A DNA stretch of 64,000 nt from Lama guanicoe (lineage: Eukaryota), in contig MU056050.1 in the NCBI GenBank assembly GCA_013239625.1, forward strand, positions 3,706,084 through 3,770,083. Reading direction: 5' to 3'. A model generated the notes under the pieces. It did not search any database. It worked only from the letters and a program-made list of their open reading frames with translations, and was not told the origin of the DNA. Shown here piece by piece: positions 27,632 to 39,649 of this stretch; within the stretch, counting starts at the first letter, position 1; every line of letters begins with the position of its first letter. A program made the translations under genes and the position numbers.

Positions 27632-28146
27632 TGTTTGAATCACTTATTTACTCCGTTAGTGAGGGAGGAATTCCTGCCCTAGAGTTAGGAGTATGGCTAA
27701 ACACATAACACCCAGTACTGGACAGATGAGATTGACAGTAGTTATTAGGCACATATACTCATAGCCCAGGGGAGGAGAACACAGTATACCATGCAGGGCG
27801 ACCCTGGGGTTGCACTTGAGAACAGAGTAAATAACCACAGGTTGTCAGTGGCAGATTTTATAGTATTAAGAGGGTGTGGTACTCCCCTAGTTCCCCCACA
27901 GGAGGATGTGTTTGGCTTGTTTGCATAATTCTGTGAACTGGCAGGTAACTGATATCTACTACTCAGGGACAAGCAGGAACTATGCCTGGTCTCCTTGTTA
28001 AGGAGGGTGGTTTGGTTAGGGGTCCTTATCTGTGGGAACATACTAGGGAGGGGAACCTGTAGTTACACCATCTGAGATCCTCCTAGTTTTGTCAAATGTC
28101 AAGGCAGCACATAATATTGGGCCTTAATTTTAGGCCTTATACAACA
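27632..28146 (-). repeat. 3' LTR of the ERVL provirus
   Basis: TG...CA ends on the minus strand; PPT-like AAGGAGTCAAT immediately upstream; homologous to 32895-33390. Confidence 0.85.
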
Positions 28147-28429
28147 ATTGACTCCTTGATACCTTGACATCAATTTAAACCTAGGTGGTGACTAGGACTT
28201 CTAAGAAGTAGGTGAAGTGCCTCCTTAGGAAATAAAGTAGGCCCTTGACCAAAAGGGAGAGGGCCACATGGTGAGGTGATAGTAAAAACCAAGAACTTTA
28301 GAAGTATTCCCCTTTATGGCCAATAAAGTGAGTTGCGAGACCTGTGTGGCTTTGGAGTAGGGAGTGCACACCCTCGGGGGCATGAATTTAGACTAATCAA
28401 TAAACCAGAATGGGGTCCACTTAAATAGG

Positions 28430-31210
28430 AGTTATTTGAAGAGCCCATTATTCCTCAAGTAAACCAGCTGCCTAGGGCTTATAGGGGAGGTGAAAGTTTC
28501 ATTGAATGCCTTCTTCAAGAGCCCAACATGGTGTATTTTAAGAAGTGATTTGAGTGTTTTGGCCACTATCAAGGATGTCTGGAGCACTGAAGTGGATAAG
28601 GAGTGTCCTGATAAGGCCTTGTATTATGCTGTTAGTATCATAGAGACATCTGTTACCTTGGTTTATATTTTGGGTATCTGTGAGGCGAGAGGTTGCTAGA
28701 GTTCTTTACTCCAGAGAGAACAACTCTTAGGCAGTGGTCTAAGAGTTTGAAAGAATTTCTAGGTGGGGCCTTTTGCTGACCAGTGCATCCAGTGCTAAGA
28801 TGACTATATGATGTATGGCCAATTGTGCTGACATTTGGGTCTAGTCCCTCATCAGGGATGTCCTGGTTAAGGGATAAAAAAGCACCCCACACCGATGAGC
28901 TCCAACACCTATATGGTGGCAATACTATCCATGTGTTGTATGAATTTCTATTGTTGTTCACTTAATTGATCCCAAGGGACTCTCTAGATAGCCAGCAGGT
29001 CTGGGAGAGGAGCGACCCCTCCAGTACCATGGCATCTGGCAAGGGACTGAGAGCAAAGGAGTCCATCACTTCCTGCAGCTGGGATATGCCAGAAGGCCCA
29101 GGTTTGGCTTCATCCTGTAGCAAGGAGGTCTTGGTAGCCGTGCCAAGCTTTCAAGGTGCTGCTTTTATAACTTAAGGTATAATGGTCAGCTCAGTACAGA
29201 GGATTGTAGGCCCAGGGCCTAAACTTCCAAAAGAGCCGAGTAGATGGCCAGCAGTTGCCGCTCTAATGGTGTGTAGTGTGTAGCCAAGGAGTGCAGTTTT
29301 TTGAATCAGAAATCTTTGAGCAACGTTTAGCTATCATGGGCAGTCCAAAGACTCTTAAGAGGCATGAGAGGAGGTTGCTTAAAGCCTCTAAAATGAAGTA
29401 TCAGGGCCACTAATAATGCCTGTTAGGGCAATTTGGACAAATTCTGGAGCCTTTTTGAGGGGCTGGTATTCCTGGTGGGCTGATTTACAACAACATAAGT
29501 GAGATTAAATAAAATTTTTGAATGAGGAATTTGTTTCCAGAGCCCAGAAAGGCCTAAAAGATATTGGACTTGTTCTAACATTGAGGGTGTGGAGAGGATC
29601 AATAATTGTCTTTTGTCAATGTCAGGGATGGAGCAACTCTTAGGTTACCAAGTAGGAATTTAGCTCAAGTGGCATGTCCCTTTCATTATATATAGGACAA
29701 TAGCCCATCCCCTTTTATGAGCCTTTTTATAAATGTATATGTCCTGAATAAATGTGGTAAATGAATTTTCCCCTCAGAGGTTGTCATCCATGTAATGTCA
29801 TACCTGTACTCATGGAGAAAGGTTCTCACAGTTAAGATATTGCCTGTAAAGACTGTGTATGATCACAAGGCTGCTGAAGTACCCTGTGGGTAGCAAAGTT
29901 TAATTTCTGTTTGGACAGGAAAGCAAACTATGACTGAAAGGATGTTGAAATAGGCACCAAGCATAACGTATTGGACAAATCTATAGCAAAATGTATGCCA
30001 TTTGCTGATTGGGTGGAGTTAGTAATTTTGATAATTTGGATATTGGATATGGAGGCCTTAATGAATGGGACCACAGCATTAAGGTTGTGTTAACTACTCT
30101 GAGGTACCACTCATTCCAAGCTTAAGAAAATGCAGTTTGACTGCTGAAAGGGGAAACAGTGGGGATAATCACCCCTTCACTAAATAGGTCTTGTATGATG
30201 GGCTTCAGTCCTTGAAGGCTCTGTTTTAATTTATATTGGGCCATATTACCTGTTATACCTGGGGTATGATCCATGGAGTCCCATTTTCTCAAGCCAATTT
30301 GTGCCAAAGACTTAATTTTAATTTATTACTCATTGTGTCAGATTTTCTATAGTCACTTATGGATTTGTCCTGCAATTAGGCCAGTGTGTGCTATGACCAT
30401 GGGGAATTTAGGCAAAGGAATAGTTCCACTGGTTAAGGTAAAACATGTATGTCTTATTCAGTAACTTTCCTAAGATTACAGTGTGTGCCATGTTTAAATT
30501 TGTTGAGATCCTCAGGTACAACTGTAATCTGAGCCCCAGTATTTTTTTAAACATTTTTTTATTGAGTTGTAGTCATTTTACAATGTTGTGTCAAATTCCA
30601 GTGTAGAGCACAATTTTTCAGTTATACATGAACATACATATATTCATTGTCACATTGTTTTTCGCTGTGAGCTACCACAAGATCTTGTATATATTTCCCT
30701 GTGCTATACAGTATATAATCTTGTTTATCTATTCTACATTTTGAAATCCCCATCTGTCCCTCCTCACCCCCCGCCTTCTTGGCAACCACAAGTTTGTACT
30801 CTATGTCTATGAGTCTGTTTCTGTTTTGTATTTATGTTCTTTTTTTTTAGATTCCATATATGAGCGATTTCATACGATATTTTTCTTTCTCTTTCTGGCT
30901 TACTTCACTTAGGATGACATTCTCCAGGGACATCCATGTTGCTGCAAATGGTGTTGTGCTGTCATTTTTTATGGTTGAATAGCATTCCATTGTATAAATA
31001 TACCACATCTTCTTTATCCAGTCATCTGTAATGGACATTTAGGCTGTTTCCATGTCTTGGCTATTGTAAATAGTGCTGCTATGAACATTGCGGTGCAGGT
31101 GTCTTTTTGAAGTAGGGTTCCTTCTGGATATATGCCCAGGAGTGAGATTACTGGGTCATATGGTTAGTCTATTCCTTGAGCCCCAGTATTGATTAAAGTC
31201 ATGAAGGCCT
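28430..31210 (-). pseudogene. Decayed retroviral pro-pol (protease, RT, RNase H linker, integrase core)
   Basis: ORF 30122-30307 QYKLKQSLQGLKPIIQDLFSEGVIIPTVSPF is an ERVL-like RT N-terminus; YMDD and LPxGY motifs; integrase FSAPDILDSGQNTQITS and FHLPYKP*AAGLLE; many stops and frameshifts. Confidence 0.85.
30544..31176 (-). mobile_element. Young 5'-truncated L1 (camelid-type 3' tail) inserted in the ERV protease
   Basis: Perfect 14-bp TSD TGAGCCCCAGTATT at 30530-30543 and 31177-31190; ORF 30847-31038 DDWIKKMWYIYTMECYSTIK is the L1 ORF2 C-terminus. Confidence 0.93.
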
Positions 31211-32894
31211 GACAATTGGTGCATTTTAGCAGATATTGAAGTTAATTAAAAACGTGTATGTTACAAAGGTAAAAAAGCCAGTTAGTGACCTTTTATCTTT
31301 TTCTTATATGTTCTGTTAGTAAACTTTGAATTTTCAGTTAGGTCAAATCGTGGACCTCTGTTTTAGTTTTTGTTTCCTCCTCTGTATCCAGATTTGTTTC
31401 TTTGTTTTTTCTTCCCCAGCCCTAACTTGATACACTTCAAGATATACCTGATATACTTGATATAGTCCTTTATTCTGTTCATATTTATAGATATTTTCCT
31501 CCAGAGAGCCTCAAATCAGTATTGCCAGGGATAGGGGTCTCCTCCATGGCAGTGGTTGCTTTATAGGGCTTAAGGACCCCAGACTTAATTCAGGTTTGAA
31601 TTAGCCCTTTCATTGTGCCACAGGGGTACCATAGGTGTTTCCCCTGTAACCTTGAGGACCAGAACCTTTGGTATTACTCATAGGCAGCAGCAGCAACAGC
31701 AGAGGTATTTAAGGGTGCTACTAAATTGTCTGCTGTTAGGAGTATGTACCTCAGTGTACCAACAAATGGCTACTTTTCTCCCCTTTTCTCTCTCTACAAA
31801 TTCCCTCAGAATATGTGGGACTTCTAACTATGTGGAATCACAGCTTTCAGTTTCTGTCTCCATCTGATCACCCACAGTGAAAACCTTCTGGTTGATTACA
31901 GGGAAAAGTGCTCAGTGGCTCACCTCCTAGGTTGCTTCTTCCTTTTCCTAGAAGTGTTAGTCTCCCTGGGTTGAAGAGTCTACATCCAGTAAAGGCATTT
32001 TGTCTCTGGACCAGGTTGGAGTCATTAAGCCCTGTGATTGCAAGATGAGCCCTTCATATGTTGGTAGGCAGCAGCAGTAAGCAAAACCCAGGTGCACTGG
32101 CTAGGGATTTTGTATTGGGAGAGTAATTAACTACCTTCTTTGGTGTTTTTGGAGGGGCTTATACCAAATACTCATTCTCAGTTTCTTTCTCATCAGCACC
32201 TGGGCAATGGATTACCATAAAGGTACACCTTGATACTTCAGGGGATCAAGAGAGCCCACATGACAGCAACAAGGGAAACAGCAGCACAGGAGATGGACAA
32301 GGCTGCCACCTTGCCTGAACAACAAACAGATTGTCTTGTTAGACAATTGGGGTGCCATTATTAATTTTCCCCAGGTTGATGGCTTCCTTGTTTTCCACAG
32401 ACCTAACAAAGGCCCATTCTTGAGCCCATCCTAACAATGCATAATCACAAGCAATGTCCATATGGCTACCCCCCAGCACACACTGATGGCCACGAGGCTT
32501 TATGTGGTGCCCAGAGAGCTCTAGCCTGATCGTTAGTAAACAGAACTCAGGTGCAAACTTGATAAGCTTCTATGTTGTCACCACCTTAATAGTTGGGAGC
32601 CTCAGAGACCACTTCCTAAACACAGGTTGAATTTAACAGCATATCATGCTGGGGTGTAATCACTAACATTAATTCTCATCTAGAGGACAAGAGCATCTTA
32701 TGGTGGAGAGAAATGATGACATCCAACAGGGACAATGAAGTGCTGCTCAGGCCAAAGCACAAGGCCACCAGCAATTGGTGGTTCCATTATAGGCAGCCTT
32801 TACCATGTTGTGGAGCCAGTTAGCCAAGAAGAATTAGCTAAAGTTAACCAGGTGTTGTCGGTCATGGTGGGCCCATCTTGTTCATGAGGCCAAT

Positions 32895-33390
32895 TGTTTT
32901 GTTTTCTGTTCACCCCATTGATAAGGCAGGGATTTCTAACATAGGGTTATGGGGAATGCAACACACATGACATAAATGAGGTGGACAGCAGTTTGTTACT
33001 CACATATATTCATGGCCTGGGAATGAGATACAGCATGCCATGCTGGGCCATGTGGGGGTTGTACTTGGGAGCAGAGTGAACAAATAGAGGCTGTGGGAAG
33101 CAGGCTTTGTAGTATCAAGAGGATGAGGTGACACCTAGTACCTGCAGGACAATGTTATTGGCTTATTTAATTCCATAGGCTTGGAGGGAACTGAAACCCT
33201 GCTACTCCGGGAAAAGCAGGAACTGTACCTGGTCCATTAATATAAGGAGAGTTGTTTGGCTTGGATACTGTATCCACAGGAGCAGAATGGGGAGGAGAAC
33301 ATGCCATTAGATTATTTGAGATCCTTCCAGTTTCACTTGATCTTAAGGCAGCACATAATATTAGGCCTTCATTTTAGGCCTTACACCACA
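32895..33390 (-). repeat. 5' LTR of the ERVL provirus
   Basis: Starts TGTGGTGTAAGGCCTAAAATGAAGGCCTAATATTATGTGCTGCC on the minus strand; followed by a PBS-like sequence. Confidence 0.85.
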
Positions 33391-33779
33391 GAGTGTAAGC
33401 AACCAAAGTGGGCAGTAGAAAGGGGTGGGGTAAAATAAGGAACTGTGAAAAGAAGTTTGTTGACCTGAGATTTGACTTGTTGGGCAGTTGAAGGTCTATG
33501 TTTAACAGTACTTTTGTGGGTATTAGCTGAACTTCATTCCTCCCATATAGGCAGGAATATGGGCTGGTTGTGGAGTTGGACACAACTGTCCTTTTTGCAT
33601 TAGTTTGACTATGAGGGATTGAATTAAGTGGGCTCCAAAATACCGTATTCAGTCATGAAATTAAATTAAATTGAGAGTCCAGTCTAACAGAAGCATCAAA
33701 TCAACTAAATGCTCTGTACACATCTTCTCATTTAATCTTCATGACTGCTGAATACATTTTATAAATAGTTCAGCAAATC

Positions 33780-33935
33780 AATTCTCCTGTGTTCAGTTTC
33801 CCAATTAGCAGAACAGGGATAATAGTTGTACTCAGTTTTAAGGCTGAGATAGCACTTTAACAACCTCATAAAGCTGTTGGTGAAGATAAACTTAAGCACA
33901 TAGTACATGCTCAGTAAATAGTAGCCACTATTTTA
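33780..33935 (+). mobile_element. MIR remnant
   Basis: TCAGTTTCCC...AACAGGGATAATAG...CACATAGTACATGCTCAGTAAATAGTAGC. Confidence 0.55.
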
Positions 33936-34299
33936 ATTCTTTGGTTTACTTTTCCTGGGAAGGGACTGGATGTGGCAATGGCTATTTACTTACATCCACC
34001 TCTTATAGGTAACATTTTATTCTCCCACTGCCTATCTGTACAGATGAGCATTCCTCTGGCATGGTTACTAACCTGAAAGAGTAGCAGCAGCTCACACCTC
34101 CCACATGAACTGTTTACTTCTATAGTAGCTGCTGCATTTTCACTAATGGATGCAGTTATTATTTAATAGCAAGGTTTACACAAAATACCTGAAAAAAAAT
34201 ACTTTCTGGGTATTCTGAGAATGAGCCATGGCACTGGTAGGATGTTGATGGAAACATTTATGGGACCTACATGTTACTCATGATACCCATGGAATCATA

Positions 34300-34530
34300 T
34301 GAGTAATATTTGAGTTCTTACTGTGTGCCAGATACCATAATAAGATGTTTGACATAATTAGATGTTTCTGTTTTTTACTCTTCTCAGCCATCTTATAAGC
34401 TAAATATTATCACTTCTATTTTACAAAGGAGAAAATGGAGTCTTAACTAGGTTAAGCCATTTAACCAATGTTATAAAGCCTGTAACTGGCTAATTATTCT
34501 TTCAGACTCAAAAGCTCTAGTAACTACTTC
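34300..34530 (-). mobile_element. MIR remnant
   Basis: TTGAGTTCTTACTGTGTGCCAG...TATTTTACAAAGGAGAAAATGGAG...AGGTTAAG. Confidence 0.65.
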
Positions 34531-34784
34531 CCTTCCTTCCATTCCATTCTTTGCTTGATTCTAATTTAATTTCTGATATACAGTGTGTGCCAGTATGAGC
34601 TCTCATAAATAAAGTAAAATTCTCATCTTGTTTTTCAAAAGAAACATAGTAAGAAGTTTCTGTCTTAGCTCCTGAGAACACTGTCAAAATTCATTTTCAA
34701 GCCTATGAATTAGGGACCATAAAAGAGATGACAGATTTTTGTTGTTGTTCTGTTTTAAGATTGAATTTATTATGTCTTAAAGAG

Positions 34785-34970
34785 TATTAAGAGAATTCTG
34801 AATGGAACATTAGACCTGTGGAATAATATATGAAAGAATAGTTCTGTGTTAAAATGTTTGGAAAATTCTACATACTGTATCCACTTACTGGAGATTCATA
34901 ATATCTGTTAATGTTTTAAATGATTTGAGAAGTCTTGCATTAAAAAGGCTATTTGACTATGTGTGATTTA
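34785..34970. mobile_element. hAT-Charlie DNA transposon remnant (Charlie4-like)
   Basis: GTTTGGAAAATTCTACATACTGTATCC...GGAGATTCATAAT...TGAGAAGTCTTGCATTAAAA resembles a recalled Charlie consensus. Confidence 0.5.
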
Positions 34971-34974
34971 TGAT

Positions 34975-37353
34975 CTTTTTATTTTGTTGTATCTTTTTTG
35001 TTCCTGTTTCTCTATTTCTGCCTTCTTTTGAGTTAAATAGATATTTTAAAGTATACCATTTTAATTAGTTTTACATTTCTTTCACTGTTTTTTGACTTAT
35101 TTTTGTAGGGGTTGCCATATAGATTATAATTAATATGTTGACTTAAGACAATCTATTTCATATTAATAAAAACAATGTCAGTGGTATACAAAAACTTTGC
35201 TCCTATATAGCTCCATTTTCTACCCCCTCCTTTGTGCTTTTATTGTTGTACAAGTTACATTTGTATATATTTTATGCCTGTCAAACAGATTTGTCTTTTA
35301 CATTAGAAAAAAAAGTTATAAACAAAAATGCATTTATACTGTCTTTAATATTTACCTATTATGCTCTTTATTTCCTCATTTGATATGAGCTGCTGTCTAA
35401 CATCCTTTCCATTCAGTGAAAAAGAACCCCTTTAGTATTTCTTTTAGAGTAGTTTCGCTAGTAATAAGTTCTCACAGTTTTTGCTTATCTGGACATATCT
35501 TAATTTCTCCTTCATTTTTCAAGAATAGTTTTGCTGGATATAAAATTTTTCATTGGTAGTCAATTTTTTTCAGCACTTTGAAGATGCTATCCAGCTGCCT
35601 TCTGGCTTCTGTGGTTTATAATGAGAAATGGTCTCTTAATCTTATTGAGGATCCCTTTACATGATAAATAGGTTCCATCTTTCTAGTTTCAAGGCTTTGT
35701 CTTTAGACAGCTTTATTTCAGTGTGTCTAGGTGTACATTTTTTTATATATTATTCTACTTGGAATTTTTTGAGCTTCTTGGATGTCACATTAATGTTTTT
35801 CATCAAATTTGGGAAATTTTATACTGTGGTTTCTTTAAATGCTGTCTGACTCTTCTCTTCTCTCCTCTCCTTCTGGGACTCTCCTCATCATATTTTGGTA
35901 CTTTTGATGATATCCCACAGGTCTCTTAGGCTGTGTTCAATTTTTTTCATTCCTTTTTCTTTTTTCTCTTCAGACTTGATAATTTCAATTTACCTGTATT
36001 CAAATTCAATGATTCTTTTTTCTGCCTACTCAAATCTTACATTGAGTCTCTCTAGGGAAAATTTTTCACTTTATAATTTAAGAATTTCTATTTGGCTCTT
36101 TTTATATCTATCTCTTTAAGTTCTGTCTTTAGTGAGACATCATTCTCATCCTTTCCTTTAATTCTCTAGACACATTTACTTTGAACACAGTTAAAATAGC
36201 TGGTTTAGAGTCTTTGTCTACTAAGTCCAATGTCTGGGCTTCCTCAGGGTTTATTCTATTAATTGCTTTTTTCCTGTGCATAAGCTATATTTTCCTGTTT
36301 CATTGAATGTCTTGTATTTTTTCAGTTGAAAACTGGCTGTTTTAAATAATATAACGTAGCAACTCTGGAGATCAGATTCTCTACCCTCCCCAGGTTTGCT
36401 GTTTTTGCTATTAGTTGTTGTTTGCATGCTTAGTGACTTTTATGGATTAATTCTGTAAAGTCTTTGTTGTGTGTGGCCACGGAAGTCTCTGCTTGGTTAG
36501 TTTAGTGGTCAGCTAATGGTTAGACCAAGAATTCCTTAAATGCATAAAGCCAGTAAGTTTCTCAGTCTTCTCCAAGGGGGCCTATATGTTTGCTGAGGCA
36601 TGCTGCTGTCAACATTGAGCCAGATAGTTAAAAATTCTACCTTAGTCTTTATTTCCTGCTTTTGCAAAGCCTCAAGGTCCGCCAATTGTGAGAAATAAAG
36701 GCCGTCTCAATTCATTCTTGAGTATGTACACGGCCCTAGGATGTGTACAGCCCTACACACATGGACTTCTAAATTCCTGGGAATATTTCATAGCTTCTCA
36801 AAGCTCCTTATTCAAAAGTTTTTACTTTAAAGCTTTTTGGATAATCTTTTGTTTGCCCCAGCTGGTATACACTGCCCTATGCGGCCACAATTGCCTGCAA
36901 CTGTCTTTCACCAAGGGCTTTCACAATGGATAAGTTCCTAAAATAAAGACATTCTTGTAAGTGGGGTCTTTCAGGGAATAGCTAACAGGTCCAATATTGA
37001 TAGTTCTCTGGGAATGGAGCTCAGAAGGATCTCAAATTTCTTATTGCCTTATCTGGTTCCTGCAAAGCTTTTGGTTTTCACCATAATTGTGTGCTATTGA
37101 TTTTCAAGAGTACTGCTAATCTGAGAAGGGGACAGATGCAAATAGAGTAAGTTTAAAACACACAAAGCTTGCTATTATTACTGAGATTCAGCTATTTTTC
37201 TTGAATAAACACTACCTAGATTTCTGCAAGATTTTGGTTCATCTTCAGAGTTGATTTAACAGGGTTTTTTTTTTTTTTTTGCCAGTGTTCTCATTGCTTT
37301 TATGAAGGAGCAGTTTTTTAGGGGTTCTTAATGTCATTTTTGCTGATGTCCCC
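34975..37353 (-). mobile_element. L1 5' part (5'UTR, ORF1, spacer)
   Basis: Minus-strand start AGGGGACATCAGCAAAAATG resembles the L1 start at 1142; antisense ORF1 sequence at 35400-36250. Confidence 0.8.
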
Positions 37354-37759
37354 TTACCATATGATCTTGACCTATTAGGCCTATTACTATATCCAGGTGA
37401 GCTAACCAGCAATACACTGTGTGAGGAAGTTTTTTGGCCTTTTAAATTTGCCTAGTATTCTTATGACATGGATATTAAATGCAGAATTGTCATTGGACTG
37501 CTTATTCACTATAGAATAAATAATCATCTATTTATTTGAGCTTTGCAGGTGGAAATCAAACACTGAGGATCTTTTATAAATTAAAATTAAAATTACAATT
37601 TTCATTATCATAACATTTACCATAAAGCTGGGATCCCAATGCTAGATACCTATATGTGCAGAATTAAGATTTTTAAGAGTTCGTAACATGTAGTCCCAAG
37701 AATTAGTTGGGTGAACATTATGCTCTAGCTACCTCAAGATGATTTATTAGGAGTTAGTA

Positions 37760-37910
37760 ATATATATTTATAGTATCTACAAATGATATCCATATATAGT
37801 ATCTATATATCTGTATATAGTATCTTTATATAGTATTTATAAATAAATCTATTAATCTATAAATATAATATCCATAACAATTGATTTGATAAAATATATA
37901 CTACATATAT
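37760..37910. repeat. AT-rich low complexity with TATATAGTATCT-like units
   Basis: Directly visible. Confidence 0.7.
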
Positions 37911-39649
37911 TCTAAAAAAGAGGGAGAAGTAATTTTTTGTTTTACATTGTAAGAGATCCTTGCTATCCCTTCCAGATCTTCAACTAAAATTTTCCAAACC
38001 ATGAGAAAAACAATAAAATAAATTTCTATATTGGGGTGACATTGCTGGAAGGACCGAAGTTGAATGTGAGTAGGAAAAATGCTTTTTAGGATGTTAATAA
38101 TTGCTTATAGGTGATAAAGCTGATGACTCTCTCCTATGCAGGTAGTCAGAAGTAGTCCGAAGTCTAAAATTTACTTAAAATAGAAAATCAGATGACACTT
38201 TATCTTACTTGATGAGCACAATAAAAAAAAAGGCATGGATCGCCAATGAAACTGATATTTAAGTTATATATACAGTTTTTTAAGGCTAGAACATTACTGT
38301 TTACCAAAAGTAATATCATTAAAAATGAATACAACCTTAAAAGAGAAGTGGCCATTATTTCTTACCTAGCTGAAGACTTAAAGAAAGAAAAAGCTTACCA
38401 TCAATACTTTTTCCTGTTGTAACACCACACATTGCAGTGTTACAAATAGTAGTAAAGTATCCTGTATTGATTTTTTTTTAATAAGACGGATGTTTAATGA
38501 ATGATATACAGGTTGCCCATTCTTTCCATTGTGCTCCTGGAATCAAATAAAATGAGTGTGTGAGTTACGAAAATAAAACTTGATAAATGAAAAAAGGGCA
38601 ACTGTATGATAACTGTTAAAAGTATTTGTATCTTAAAATAAGGATTTTATTGACAATATAAAGGGAAAAAATTGCCATCATTCAGGAACTTTGTAGAGAG
38701 ACAGTCATTTAACGTTAAACTATTAGTACCAGGCTGTTGTGGAAGTTTTTCTTCTCTGGACCAATCTTTTCCTCTCTCAATCCCTTCTTCTCATTTTTAG
38801 CACCTTCCGCACTCCTCCAGGATTTTCCAGTGGATTCTTTGCTCTTCCTGATAGAGAAAAAAAAAATTCATGTTCTTTATAATAAAGTGTTAGAAAATTA
38901 CTTGTTTTCTCTTCCAAGGGCACTTTGCATCTTAAGCAAATGGACATTTAGCAGTGGGATTTCTGCTATCAGTAGCCAACAAGCAGAGAAAGCAGATTCT
39001 GTTAGGTAGTTCCTTTCCAGAACTCCTGGAATTTCAGTGAGTAGTTTAGCACTTACTACCCTAATTCATAAGAATCTGCAGGTTCCAAAGGGAATGTTTA
39101 TTTTAACCAAAGATATATGCATATGGACCCAAAGAAATCACAAAATACATTTTTAGCTGGACTAGACAAATTTGTGGGAAGTCATTTCTGAAGTTGATAA
39201 TTGTATAAGAAAACAACATTTGTTCTAGCAGAGTGAGCTGAGGTTTTCTCCCTAGACTTTTTGAGAATAAATTTCAAAAACAAATGACTGCTTGTGACAT
39301 TTATCAAATAATTTTCCAAAACTGTAAAGACAAAAACTAATATTAAAAATAATAACTTGCTTTTAGTACTAATGTTAAATATTTTATAGTTTTCACTTTT
39401 AGAAAAAGGAAAAAAAAGATAATTTTAAAATGATTTCATGATATATGTGATGAACCCAAAACAAAATAATAAAGGTATGACTATTTCTATTTGAGAATTA
39501 ATATAATCTTCTACCTTGAAGTATACTTTGTCAACTGTGGTCCATATACTTGAATATTTCCCCAAATACAGGCTTTCAAAGTTCTATCAAACAGCTAATT
39601 AAAATCTCCAAGTTTATAGGGTTTGAAACTTTCATATTTTGTTAAACTC

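Larger units (their letters stand above)
27632..33390 (-). mobile_element. Ancient ERVL-class provirus (MER76-like) with two LTRs and decayed pro-pol
   Basis: Two homologous ~500 bp LTRs (27632-28146 and 32895-33390) sharing AAGGCAGCACATAATATT(A/G)GGCCTT(A/C)ATTTTAGGCCTTA; PBS-like ATTGGCCTCATGAACAAGAT after the 5' LTR; minus-strand motifs LINTGAQ (protease), IDLSN...FAF, LPTGY (29879-29893), YMDD (29783-29794), YTPLERQLLAIY and HLPYKP*AAGLLE (integrase, 28454-28492). Confidence 0.9.

Noticed and set aside
31683..31703. (CAG)n tract as polyQ coding sequence
   Set aside because: Only about six units, inside the ERV internal region on its antisense strand.
27627..33395. TSD for the ERVL provirus
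   Set aside because: Flanks TGCTA and GAGTG do not match; no TSD can be claimed.
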